From Gemmatimonadota bacterium (GTDB lineage: Bacteria > Gemmatimonadota > Gemmatimonadetes > Palauibacterales > Palauibacteraceae), in the NCBI GenBank assembly GCA_046757885.1, contig JBHHZD010000001.1, positions 53,587-117,586 on the forward strand: a stretch of 64,000 nucleotides of DNA, written 5' to 3'. This document shows positions 1 to 9,100 of this stretch, piece by piece. Numbering within the stretch: the stretch's first letter is position 1; each line of letters begins with the position of its first letter. Position numbers and translations under genes: made by a program. Under the pieces are notes generated by a model that was given only the letters and a program-made list of their open reading frames with translations, was not told the origin of the DNA and did no database searches.

Positions 1-1021
1 GGGCTCGACGGCGCTCCGAGAGCACGAGAGCGCCGCCGTACGCCGCATCGACGTGAAACCACAGGTCGTTCTCCCGCGCGGCGTCGGCGAGCCGGGGGAG
101 CGGGTCGATGCTGCCCGTGATCGTCGAGCCCGCGATCCCGAACAGGCAGAACGGCTGCTGCCCGCGCTCCCGCGCCTCTCCGATCGTGCGCCTCAGGTCC
201 TCGGGGTCCATCCGGCCGTCGGTCCCGGTCGCCACGGCGCGCACGGCGCTCGTCCCGAGGCCCAGGAGCATAGCCGACTTGTGCACGGACTTGTGGACGG
301 CCTCGGAGGCGAAGATCACCGGACGGCTCTCCAGCCCCACGACTCCGTCGCCGTGGGAGCCGAATCGGAGGTTCCGCGCGACCGCGAGGGCGTGCAGGTT
401 TCCCAGCGTTCCCCCGGCCGTCATCATGCCTCCCGATCGCGACCCGAGACCGAAGCGCTCGGCGAACGACCGGGCGAGGCCCGTTTCGAGACGAGTCAGC
501 GCGGGCGACAGCTCCACGCTCAGGAGGTTGTTGTTCAGGGCGGCCGCCATCAGCTCACCCACGATGGACATGGTGGAGGGGAGCGGGTCCATGTGCCCGA
601 CGTACCCGGGATGAGCGGCGTTCATGGAACGAAGCGCCAGCGCTTCCAGATCCGCGAAGATCCCGTCCTCGTCGTCGGGACGGTCCGGGATGCCCGGGCG
701 CCCCGGCGGGGTCGCATCGGTCGGCATGGGAGGCCGGTCGGCCGCCTCCGACGACACGCGGAGGACGAGGTCGAGCGCGCGGCGGAGCAGGGCTTCCACG
801 GCCGGCCGGTTCGCGGCATCCGGATCGATGAACGCCGTCGCGGGAAGGACCCCGACCGGGTCAGCGTCGGATTCGGATCTGATGTTCGCGCTCCGCGTGT
901 CGAGTTCCCGCGAACGTTCGCGGGCGCCGGGCCCGGCGCGAGATCGCCGCCCATGAGCCGCGGCGAACCGTGCGCGGTCGAGAGCCGGGACGTGAACGCG
1001 CGCGCGGGGCGCCGCCCACAT
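1..1021 (-). CDS. Group II pyridoxal-phosphate-dependent decarboxylase (e.g. L-2,4-diaminobutyrate/glutamate decarboxylase-like). It is partial: the 3' end lies beyond the window start.
   Basis: Manual translation of the minus strand, in a frame absent from the ORF track because no stop occurs in the window. It reads ...AVEALLRRALDLVLR...HPGYVGHMDP...GGTLGNLHALAVAR...FASEAVHKSVHKSAMLLGLG...HVDAAYGG. These match the group II decarboxylase hallmarks (HP.Y motif, GG(S/T)xxN..A..AR, S.H.S..KAA.LLG, HVDAAxGG). The candidate ATG is at 1021 (MWAAPRARVH...). The +53..1234 ORF is its antisense. Confidence 0.6.
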   Translation of the reverse strand, partial: MWAAPRARVHVPALDRARFAAAHGRRSRAGPGARERSRELDTRSANIRSESDADPVGVLPATAFIDPDAANRPAVEALLRRALDLVLRVSSEAADRPPMPTDATPPGRPGIPDRPDDEDGIFADLEALALRSMNAAHPGYVGHMDPLPSTMSIVGELMAAALNNNLLSVELSPALTRLETGLARSFAERFGLGSRSGGMMTAGGTLGNLHALAVARNLRFGSHGDGVVGLESRPVIFASEAVHKSVHKSAMLLGLGTSAVRAVATGTDGRMDPEDLRRTIGEARERGQQPFCLFGIAGSTITGSIDPLPRLADAARENDLWFHVDAAYGGALVLSERRRA

Positions 1022-1089
1022 CGGCCGCGCCCCGCGGATCCTGCTTCCCGTCGTCCGGACGCGTCCGCCTCGCGACGGACCGCCGCGCG

Positions 1090-2289
1090 TTACTGGATCG
1101 CGTTGATGATCCCGAAGATCGGGAGGTACATGGCCACGATCATGCCTCCGACGATGCCGCCGAGGACGACGATCATGGCCGGCTCCATCGCCTTGAGCAG
1201 GGCCTCGACGGCGACGTCGACCTCGGAATCGTAGAAGTCCGCGATCTTCGAGAGCATCCCGTCCAGGTCCCCCGTCTCCTCACCCACGTTGATCATCTGC
1301 GTCACCATGGGCGGAAACACCTGGGACTGCCGCAGGGGCTCCGCGATCGATTCTCCGCCGGCGATGGAGCTGCGGCTGCTCATCACGGCGTCGTGAATCA
1401 CGCGGTTGCCCGACGTGCGGGCCGTGATCTCGAGCCCGTCCAGGATCGTGACGCCGGAGCTGAGCAGGGTCCCGAGCGTCCGCGTGAAGCGGGCGACGGC
1501 CGTCTTGCGGGCCAGATTGCCGAGGATGGGCGTCTTGAGCAGGGCCCGGTCGAACGTGAGGCGTCCGCCCGGCGTCGAGACCCATCGCTGGAAGGCCAGC
1601 GCGGCGAGGAAACCGCCGCCGGCGGCGGCCCACCAGTAGCCCTGCACGAACGCCGAGAGCCCGATGACGATCCGCGTCGGAAGCGGAAGCTGCTGGTCCA
1701 GGCTCGCGAACATGGTCTGGAACGTCGGAATGACGAACAGGAGCAGCGCCAGGATCGAGAGAACCGCCACCGTCACGATGACGATCGGGTAAACCATCGC
1801 GCCCTTCACCTTGCGGGCCAGGGCCTCGTTCTTCTCGAGGAACGTGGCGAGGCGCAGGAGGATCGTGTCCAGGATCCCTCCGGTCTCACCCGCCGCGACC
1901 ATGTTCACGTAGAGCGACGAGAACACCTTCGGGTGCTCCCGCAGGGCGTCCGCGAGCGTGTTCCCCGACTCGATGTCGTACAGGACGTCCTGCACCGTCT
2001 TCTTGAGCACCTTGTTGTCCGACTGCTTCGCCAGGATGTCGAGCGCCTGGACGAGCGGCAGCCCCGCGTTGATCATCGTGGCGAACTGCCGCGTGAGGAT
2101 CACGATGTCCCGCGTCTTGACGCCGCTCCCGATGGTGAACTCGATCCCCTTGGGCTGCTCGCGCACGGAGACCGGGATCAGGCGCTGGCTACGCAGATAC
2201 GAGATGACGTCGTCGCGGGTGGGGACCTCGATCTTGTCCCGGCGCAGGTCTCCGCCGATCGTGCGGGCGCTGTAGTTCCAGACTGGCAT
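1090..2289 (-). CDS. pilC: Type IV pilus assembly platform protein PilC (GspF family)
   Basis: A 399-aa polytopic membrane protein with the GspF/PilC duplicated architecture. It sits immediately downstream of pilB and pilT on the same strand. An A-rich RBS (AAAAAAGGACGGAG) lies before the ATG. Confidence 0.9.
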   Translation of the reverse strand: MPVWNYSARTIGGDLRRDKIEVPTRDDVISYLRSQRLIPVSVREQPKGIEFTIGSGVKTRDIVILTRQFATMINAGLPLVQALDILAKQSDNKVLKKTVQDVLYDIESGNTLADALREHPKVFSSLYVNMVAAGETGGILDTILLRLATFLEKNEALARKVKGAMVYPIVIVTVAVLSILALLLFVIPTFQTMFASLDQQLPLPTRIVIGLSAFVQGYWWAAAGGGFLAALAFQRWVSTPGGRLTFDRALLKTPILGNLARKTAVARFTRTLGTLLSSGVTILDGLEITARTSGNRVIHDAVMSSRSSIAGGESIAEPLRQSQVFPPMVTQMINVGEETGDLDGMLSKIADFYDSEVDVAVEALLKAMEPAMIVVLGGIVGGMIVAMYLPIFGIINAIQ

Positions 2290-2317
2290 GGGCTCCGTCC
2301 TTTTTTCCGTTCCCGGG

Positions 2318-3421
2318 TCAGTTCGCGACGGCCACGGGCTCCTCCGCGCCGATCATACGCCGGAGCTCCGTCGGGTCGCCGCTGAGGCCCAGGATGTCCT
2401 GAAGCTTGACCTCATCCCGCATGTACAGCGAGTACAGGGCATCGTTGAGCGTCTGCATTCCGTGCTTCTTCCCGGCCTGCATGGCGGAGTAGATCTGGTG
2501 GACCTTGTCGTCCCGGATCATCGAGCGGATCGCCTGCGTCGCGACCATGACCTCGACGGCCACGACCCGGCCGTGTCCGCTCGCCCGCGGTACCAGCGTC
2601 TGGGAGGCCACGCCCTCCAGGACGAATGCGAGCTGGGCCCGCACCTGCTCCTGCTGGTGGGCCGGGAACACGTCGATGATCCGATTGATGGACTCAGCCG
2701 CCGAGTTCGTGTGCAGCGTGGCCAGGGCGAGGTGGCCCGTCTCCGCGATCGTCAGGGCCGCCTGGATCGTCTCCAGGTCCCGCATCTCCCCGATCAGGAT
2801 GACGTCCGGATCCTGCCGCAGGACGTACTTGAGCGCCTGCGCGAACGAACCGGTGTCGCTCCCCACCTCCCGCTGATTCACGATGCAGCTCTTGTGGCTG
2901 TGCACGAACTCGATCGGATCCTCCACGGTCACGATGTGGCCGCGGCGGGATCGATTGATCTTGTCGATGATCGCGGCGAGGGTCGTGGACTTCCCCGACC
3001 CCGTCGGCCCGGTCACGAGCACGAGGCCCCGCGGCCGCTCCGCGAACTCGGCCACGACCGGCGGAAGGCCCAGCTCCTGGAAGCTGAGGATCTCGAAGGG
3101 GATCTGCCGGATGACCATCGCGACCGTCCCGCGCTGGCGGAACACATTGCCCCGGAACCGGGACAGGTTCTGCACGGCGAAGGAGAGGTCGAGCTCGTCT
3201 TCCTGCTCGAATCGCTTCTTCTGCTGCTCCGTGAGGACGGAGTAGGCGAGCGCCTCGGTCTCCTTCGGGTTGAGCACGGCCTCGTGCCGGCAACCCGTGA
3301 GGGATCCGTCCACGCGCAGCTTCGGCCGCTCCCCCGCAGTCAGATGCAGATCGGACGCCTGGCGCTCGATCATCTCCTCGAGGAGGGCGCGGAGCGTCGC
3401 CGGTGCCGTGTCGTTCATCAT
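2318..3421 (-). CDS. pilT: Twitching-motility retraction ATPase PilT
   Basis: 367 aa with Walker A GPTGSGKST, Asp box, His box (TLHTNSA) and the PilT-specific C-terminal region. The length fits PilT rather than PilB. Confidence 0.9.
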   Translation of the reverse strand: MMNDTAPATLRALLEEMIERQASDLHLTAGERPKLRVDGSLTGCRHEAVLNPKETEALAYSVLTEQQKKRFEQEDELDLSFAVQNLSRFRGNVFRQRGTVAMVIRQIPFEILSFQELGLPPVVAEFAERPRGLVLVTGPTGSGKSTTLAAIIDKINRSRRGHIVTVEDPIEFVHSHKSCIVNQREVGSDTGSFAQALKYVLRQDPDVILIGEMRDLETIQAALTIAETGHLALATLHTNSAAESINRIIDVFPAHQQEQVRAQLAFVLEGVASQTLVPRASGHGRVVAVEVMVATQAIRSMIRDDKVHQIYSAMQAGKKHGMQTLNDALYSLYMRDEVKLQDILGLSGDPTELRRMIGAEEPVAVAN

Positions 3422-3484
3422 GAAACCTGCTCCCTGTCTGTCGTCCGTCGAGCGCCGCCGCCCCGGGGCGGCGGAACCTCCGCG

Positions 3485-5197
3485 CTAGGCGGCCGTCTCC
3501 TTGATCACCTCGTCGAGCGTCGTCACGCCCCGGCGGGCCTTCACGAGGCCATCGTCGCGGAGCGTGAGCATTCCGCACGCGACCGCGTGCTGCTTCAGAT
3601 CGTCCGCCGACGCGCCCTGGAGCACCATCCGGCGGAGCGTCGAGTCCATGGGCAGCACCTCGTACAGCCCCTGGCGGCCCGCGTAGCCCGAGCCGTTGCA
3701 GGCCTCGCAGCCCTCACCGCGGTAGAAGGTCACGTTCGAGACCTGGTCGGACTTGAAGCCGGCCGCCTCGAGCTCCTCGGGCATGTATTCGGCCTCCACG
3801 CGGCAGTTGTCGCAGATCCTGCGCACGAGCCGCTGGGCCGTGATGAGATTGACGGCCGAAGCCACGTTGAAGGCCTCGATCCCCATGTCCACCATGCGGG
3901 TGATCGTGGAGGCGGCGTCATTCGTGTGGAGCGTCGACAGGACCAGGTGCCCCGTGAGAGCGGCCTTCACCGCGATCCCCCCCGTCTCCAGGTCCCGGAT
4001 CTCACCCACCATGATGATGTTGGGGTCCTGACGGAGGAACGCGCGCAGGGCGGCGGCGAAGGACATCCCGATCTCGGTGCGCACCGGCACCTGGTTGATC
4101 CCGCGCAGGTTGTACTCCACGGGATCCTCGGCCGTCATGATGTTGACTTCCTGGTTGTTGATGCGGCTGAGCGCACTGTACAGGGTCGTCGTCTTCCCCG
4201 AGCCCGTGGGGCCGGTGACGAGGACCATTCCGTACGGCCGGCTGATCGCCTCCAGGAAATCGGCCTCCGCCTTCGGCTCCATGCCGAACTTCTCCAGGTC
4301 GAGCGTCAGGTTGCCCTTGTCCAGGATGCGGAGCACGATCTTCTCGCCGAACAGGACGGGGATCGTGGACACGCGGAAGTCGATGACGCGGCGGCCGATC
4401 TTCAGCTTGATTCGACCGTCCTGAGGAACCCGCCTCTCGGCGATGTTCAGGTCGGCGAGGATCTTCACGCGGGAGATCAGGGCCGCCTTCATGCGAAGGG
4501 GCGGCTTCATGATCTCCTGCAGAGCCCCGTCGATCCGGTAGCGAACCCGCAGCTCTCTCTCGTACGGCTCGATGTGGATGTCCGAGGCGCCGCGCCGAAC
4601 GGCGTCCGTCAGGAAGCCGTTGATGAGGCGGACGACCGGGGCTTCCTCCACCTGCACGGCGAGCTGGGAAGCGGAGTACTGCTCCTCTTCCGCCTCGACG
4701 ACCTCGATCTCCTGCTCCTCGAGCTCCTCGAGCAGCTCCCCGAGACGGTCCGTCGCGACCTCGTAGTACTTGTCGATCGCGCTCCGGAGGGAGTACTCGC
4801 CGGCCACGACCGCATCGATGTCGAACCGCGTGATGAATTTCAGGTCATCGATGACGCTCAGGTCCGTGGGGCTCGCCATGGCCACGGTGAGGGTCCGCCC
4901 GACGCGCCGCAGGGGAAGCACGAGGTGCTTGGCCGCGAACTCCGCGGGCACGAGCTGCAGGATCTTCGGATCGAGGTCCACGTCGGACAGATCGACCGCC
5001 GGCACCCGGTACTGGCGGGAGAGCACGCGCGTGAGATCCCGCTCGGAAAGGGCTCCCTGCGAGACGAGGTTGAAGCCGAGCCGGGTCCCGTGCTCGCGCT
5101 GCTCCGTCAGGGCGCGGTCGAGAGCCTCACGCGTGATCAGCCCCTCTTCGAGGAGGAGCTCACCGATCTGTCCCTGCGCCAGCGTCGTTGAAGCCAT
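3485..5197 (-). CDS. pilB: Type IV pilus extension ATPase PilB (GspE family)
   Basis: 570 aa with an N-terminal GSPII_E_N domain (LLLEEGLITREALDRAL). It has Walker A GPTGSGKTTT and the tetracysteine motif CxxC...CxxC near the C-terminus. Confidence 0.9.
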   Translation of the reverse strand: MASTTLAQGQIGELLLEEGLITREALDRALTEQREHGTRLGFNLVSQGALSERDLTRVLSRQYRVPAVDLSDVDLDPKILQLVPAEFAAKHLVLPLRRVGRTLTVAMASPTDLSVIDDLKFITRFDIDAVVAGEYSLRSAIDKYYEVATDRLGELLEELEEQEIEVVEAEEEQYSASQLAVQVEEAPVVRLINGFLTDAVRRGASDIHIEPYERELRVRYRIDGALQEIMKPPLRMKAALISRVKILADLNIAERRVPQDGRIKLKIGRRVIDFRVSTIPVLFGEKIVLRILDKGNLTLDLEKFGMEPKAEADFLEAISRPYGMVLVTGPTGSGKTTTLYSALSRINNQEVNIMTAEDPVEYNLRGINQVPVRTEIGMSFAAALRAFLRQDPNIIMVGEIRDLETGGIAVKAALTGHLVLSTLHTNDAASTITRMVDMGIEAFNVASAVNLITAQRLVRRICDNCRVEAEYMPEELEAAGFKSDQVSNVTFYRGEGCEACNGSGYAGRQGLYEVLPMDSTLRRMVLQGASADDLKQHAVACGMLTLRDDGLVKARRGVTTLDEVIKETAA

Positions 5198-5410
5198 GGA
5201 CCTTCGCTGTCTCGATTGAGCCTTTCGTGACGGACCGGGCCGCTCCCGGCCCGGGGGGCGTCGTCGCGACCGGATCTCCCGCGCCTCGTCGCGGCGCAGG
5301 CGAGGCGGTGCGGGGCAACAACCGTGCCGGGGTCAGGCGTCGCACATCCGCATCCCGTGCGAAGGAAGGGCACGACGGAACGGTGCCGCGAAATGGCGGA
5401 GACCAGCTCG

Positions 5411-6076
5411 TTATTTCACAACGAGTTGACCTCGCAGGGCCTCGAGCGTGGCCGGCCCGATGCCCGGAACCTCGAGAAGATCGGTGAGGGCGCGAAAATG
5501 CCCGTGGCGGGCTCGATACTCGACGATTCTTGCCGCCTTCGTCGGACCCAGGCCGGTCAGTTGCTCCAGATCGGCGCGATTTGCACGATTCACGTCAAGA
5601 AGCTCGCCCCCCCCGGAAGGAGGAGGAACGTCACCCGGATTCAGGGTCAGGAACGGCAGCAGACGCGCCACGATGGCCTCTCCGAGGCCGGCCACACGCT
5701 CGAGATCGGCCGGCACGGCGAACCTCGCTCCGGCCGCCCGGGCGCTCGCGATCGCCCGGGCCCGGACGGGACCGATGCCGGGGAGCCGCTCGAGCTCCTC
5801 CACCGGGGCGGTGTTCGGATCGATCCTCTCTCCGGGAGCGAGCGGACGGGAGGCGCGCTCGACGCGCGCGATCCCCTCCCGGACGGCCCGTCGGGTGCGC
5901 TCGAGGCCTCCGCCCGATCCGGCCGCCCCCCCCGGAGCGGGACGCCATTCCGAGGAGGACGCCGGTGAGAAGAGGCCGAGCCGAAGGCCCGTGCCCAGGA
6001 CGATGAGCGAGGCCGTCACGTACAGGGCCCGTCGCTCCACCCGGTTCAGCTCCGGCACCGGCCCGCCCTTCCGCAC
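5411..6076 (-). CDS. comEA: Competence protein ComEA (tandem helix-hairpin-helix DNA-binding protein)
   Basis: 221 aa with an N-terminal TM segment. Two HhH motifs are present (LPGIGPVRARAI; LTGLGPTKAARIV). The start is GTG per the ORF track. Confidence 0.85.
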   Translation of the reverse strand: MRKGGPVPELNRVERRALYVTASLIVLGTGLRLGLFSPASSSEWRPAPGGAAGSGGGLERTRRAVREGIARVERASRPLAPGERIDPNTAPVEELERLPGIGPVRARAIASARAAGARFAVPADLERVAGLGEAIVARLLPFLTLNPGDVPPPSGGGELLDVNRANRADLEQLTGLGPTKAARIVEYRARHGHFRALTDLLEVPGIGPATLEALRGQLVVK

Positions 6077-6114
6077 CGCATGCGGGCAGGAAGGGCCTTG
6101 GGGTCAACGGCGCG

Positions 6115-9100
6115 TCAACGCGGGGCGTCTCTGGACGTCGCCGCCTCCAGCTCCCGCGCGCTCAGCACGAAGCGCCCGAACACGTTCAGGTTGAACTGAT
6201 TCGTGCGCTGTCGCTGGCCCACGGCGCTTCCCCGTTGCACCCAGGAGAACTGGACGCCGATGCTGTAGCCGGTGAAATCCGTGTCGAGCGTCAGGCTCGC
6301 GGTCTGCGTGAGCTGGTCGACGTGCGCCGTGCAGTCGGCCAGGAGGCCCAGGGCGGTCGAGGGCGAGGCCCCGAATCCCAGGCCGCCGAGGTCCCGGCAG
6401 TCGAAGTTCCCGTTCCGGGAGTAGGCGAGCGCGACGCGCAGGGGGCGTCGGAGCACAGCCCAGTTCTCGGTCCGGAGGGTTCCCGTCGCGCGGACGTCGT
6501 GGGTGTTCCGCGTGCTCTTGCTGAAGCCGGTGGCATCGGTGCGCTCGTCCACCGTGCGCTCGTACTGGTAGCTCAGGTTGAAGCCGTTCCCGAACACGAG
6601 AAGGGCGGAGACGGAGCGACTGCTCAGATCGTCGCCGATGTCCTGGCCCGTCGTCGTGAGGGTCTTGCGCTCTCGCTCCCGGAAGCCGGCCGTGAGGTTG
6701 AGGCTCCGCACCAGGCGGCCCGGGCCTCCGGGTAGCGGAACGCTGCGCCATCGAAGGTCCACGGAGGGCCACTCGGTCTCGCGCGCCCCGCGCTCGTTCA
6801 GGAAGCTGAGAGAGCGATCGTCGAGCCGCGAATAGCGGACGCCCGCCTCGAGGGTGAGGGGGAGATCGTAGCCTCCCTCCACCGACCAGCGGCGATTCCG
6901 CGCCGCCGCGGAGGCCGTGTCCTTGCCGGATATCCGGAGGGCGTCGATCCCGCCCGTGACGAACTGGTCGGAGAAGCCGGGATCGATGTCGCGACGGTCG
7001 AACGTCGCGTTCACGAGCTCGCTCCAATCGAACCGGACGGGCTGGAGACGGTCCCAGACCTCGCGGACCCCGGCCGCGATCCCGTGCGCGTCCTTCCGGT
7101 CGGGGAGCCCGAACACGGAGAGGAACCGATCCGGGAAGGCCTGGACGCCGAGGCGGATGTCCCTGTTCACCCGCACGTCCCGCACGAGCACCGTCTTGCC
7201 GTTCACGACCTGCACGTACGACGCGTTCCGCGTGGATTGATAGTTCGTGCTGATCGAGAGATTCGGAGTGAACCACTCGGCGAGATCGGGCCGATAGTCG
7301 ATCCGGGTCCCGAGCGAGCGGTTCGTCTCCCAGCCCACGTTCGCCCCCAGGACTCGGCGCTTCTCGTCGCGCAGAATCTGCCGCTCCCTCTCCCGCTGAA
7401 GCCGGAAGCGCGGGCCCACGAGATCCCGGGCCGAGCTGAAGTCCACGGACGCGGTGAGGGAGGGAAACGGCTGCACCTCCGCCGTGGCCGTCGGACGCAG
7501 CGTACGCTCGCGGTTCACGGCGGGGCGAACGGAGCGGTCGCCGGGGCGCCGGATGCTCGTCTGAAACCGCCGCGTCCTGTCGTGCGCGTTCGCCAGGGAT
7601 CCACCCAGCCCGAGCGTGCGGGGGGTCAGCCGGAGACGCAGATTCTTGAAGTTCTCGAGCAGCTTGCTCCGGCTGATGAAGTCCGGAAACACGTCGATGA
7701 AGCTCTTGACGAAGCCCGGAACGAGCGGGATCGACTTGTCCACGACCGGGCGGTTCCACGCGAGCGAGGTCGTCCAGCTCGTGCCCTCCGCCTCCGTCTG
7801 CGTGCTGAATCGCTCCGTCGTGGACCGAGTGTAGCCGAAGCGGAGGCCGTCGAGGGTGGACCGCAGGATCGGACTCCGGGACCGGGTCTGCTTCGACACG
7901 GACACGTCCACGTTGGTGAGCGTGCTCTTCCCCGTGCGGAGCGCCGCGATGCGAGCCGCGCGGACGTCCGTCTCGGGGAGGAAGAACGGGCTGTTCCCGC
8001 TGCGCCGGTGGCTGACCGACACGGGGATCGCCAGCCCCCAGGCGTCCGGCAGGAAGCGTCCGAGCTTGATCCGCGCCTGACCATCGAAGCCCCACGACGA
8101 CTCGAAGCTCGGATTCGTCCCGAGTTGCCGGAAGAACGGATTCTCGCGCCGATAGGCCGCCTGCAGAGAGAGGATGTCAGAGGCCTCGACGTTGAGCTCG
8201 CCCCGCGTCGCCACGCCCCCCTCGTCGGTCGCCCGGTCCAGACGGAAGTCGTCGATCCAGATCTCGCCCGCTCCGGCAGGAGTCACCCCGATGTTCTCGA
8301 CGCCCACGATGATCTCGCGCACCGCGGCGAGGTTCGGGGCCCGTGAACGGTCGTCGATGACGAGCGCGTAGGTGCTGTCTCCCCCCGGCAGGATGTCCAC
8401 GTCCCAGAGGACGAGCGTGGAGTCACCCGGCAGGCTGCCCCCGGCGTCCAGGATGCGCTGCTCCGCGGCGGCCCGCAGCTCCAGCCACGGTCCGAAGTCG
8501 ATGCGGTTCTCCGGACCCCAGTCCGCCGCCGTCGGGCTCGCCGGGCCGGGGGCGTGAGAGGCGCGGTAGAGGTAGTAGTTGCTCTCGTCGAACCCGAGCT
8601 TGAGGAAGAAACGGAGGCCGGCGGCGGTGCCCCAGTCGGATCCGAACGGAAGGGTCCAGACCCGCCCCTCTCCGTAGACGAGGAAGTTGCGCGTCGTCTC
8701 CTCGAAGCGGCGGAACACCTCGATGCGCTCTCCGACCGGGATGTCCGAGTAGGTAAGGCGGAGGGATTGCTCGTTGATCGGCCCCGAGCTCAGCCTGAGC
8801 TCGTCCGTCCGGTCCGCCTTCTGGTCGCCGATCCCCGGTGGGGGGACATAGCCGGCGTCCTTCGTGGATATGGGCCCGACGGTCACGGAGGCCGCGGTGC
8901 CGGGCGCGGTCGTGACCCCTCCCGCCACGCTTCCGGTGCCTCCCCGCTTCAGCCACCGGGAGCCCGTCATGTTCATGCGACTCAGGGCCACGACCGCACC
9001 CTGGTCCGCCACGAGCGTGATCCGGATCTGGCGGACGTTCTGCAGGCCCTGCTCCGTCATCCCCTCCTGGAGGTCCGGCGCGCGGAGCGGGATGCGGTAG

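Noticed and set aside
53-1234. 393-aa +strand ORF, together with 108..614(+), 622..954(-) and 624..956(+)
   Set aside because: R/P/G-rich low-complexity translation. It is the antisense of the hand-translated group II PLP decarboxylase on the minus strand, a typical high-GC shadow ORF.
2288-5191. 967-aa +strand ORF spanning the pilT and pilB loci
   Set aside because: It is antisense to two strongly supported genes (pilT, pilB) and has a nonsense composition.
5198-5410. GC-rich inverted repeats (e.g. GCGCCTCG...CGAGGCG; CCGGGCC...GGCCCGG) between comEA and pilB as terminators
   Set aside because: The stems are 7 bp with no following T-tract. Such dyads are expected by chance at 70% GC, so they are not reportable as terminators.
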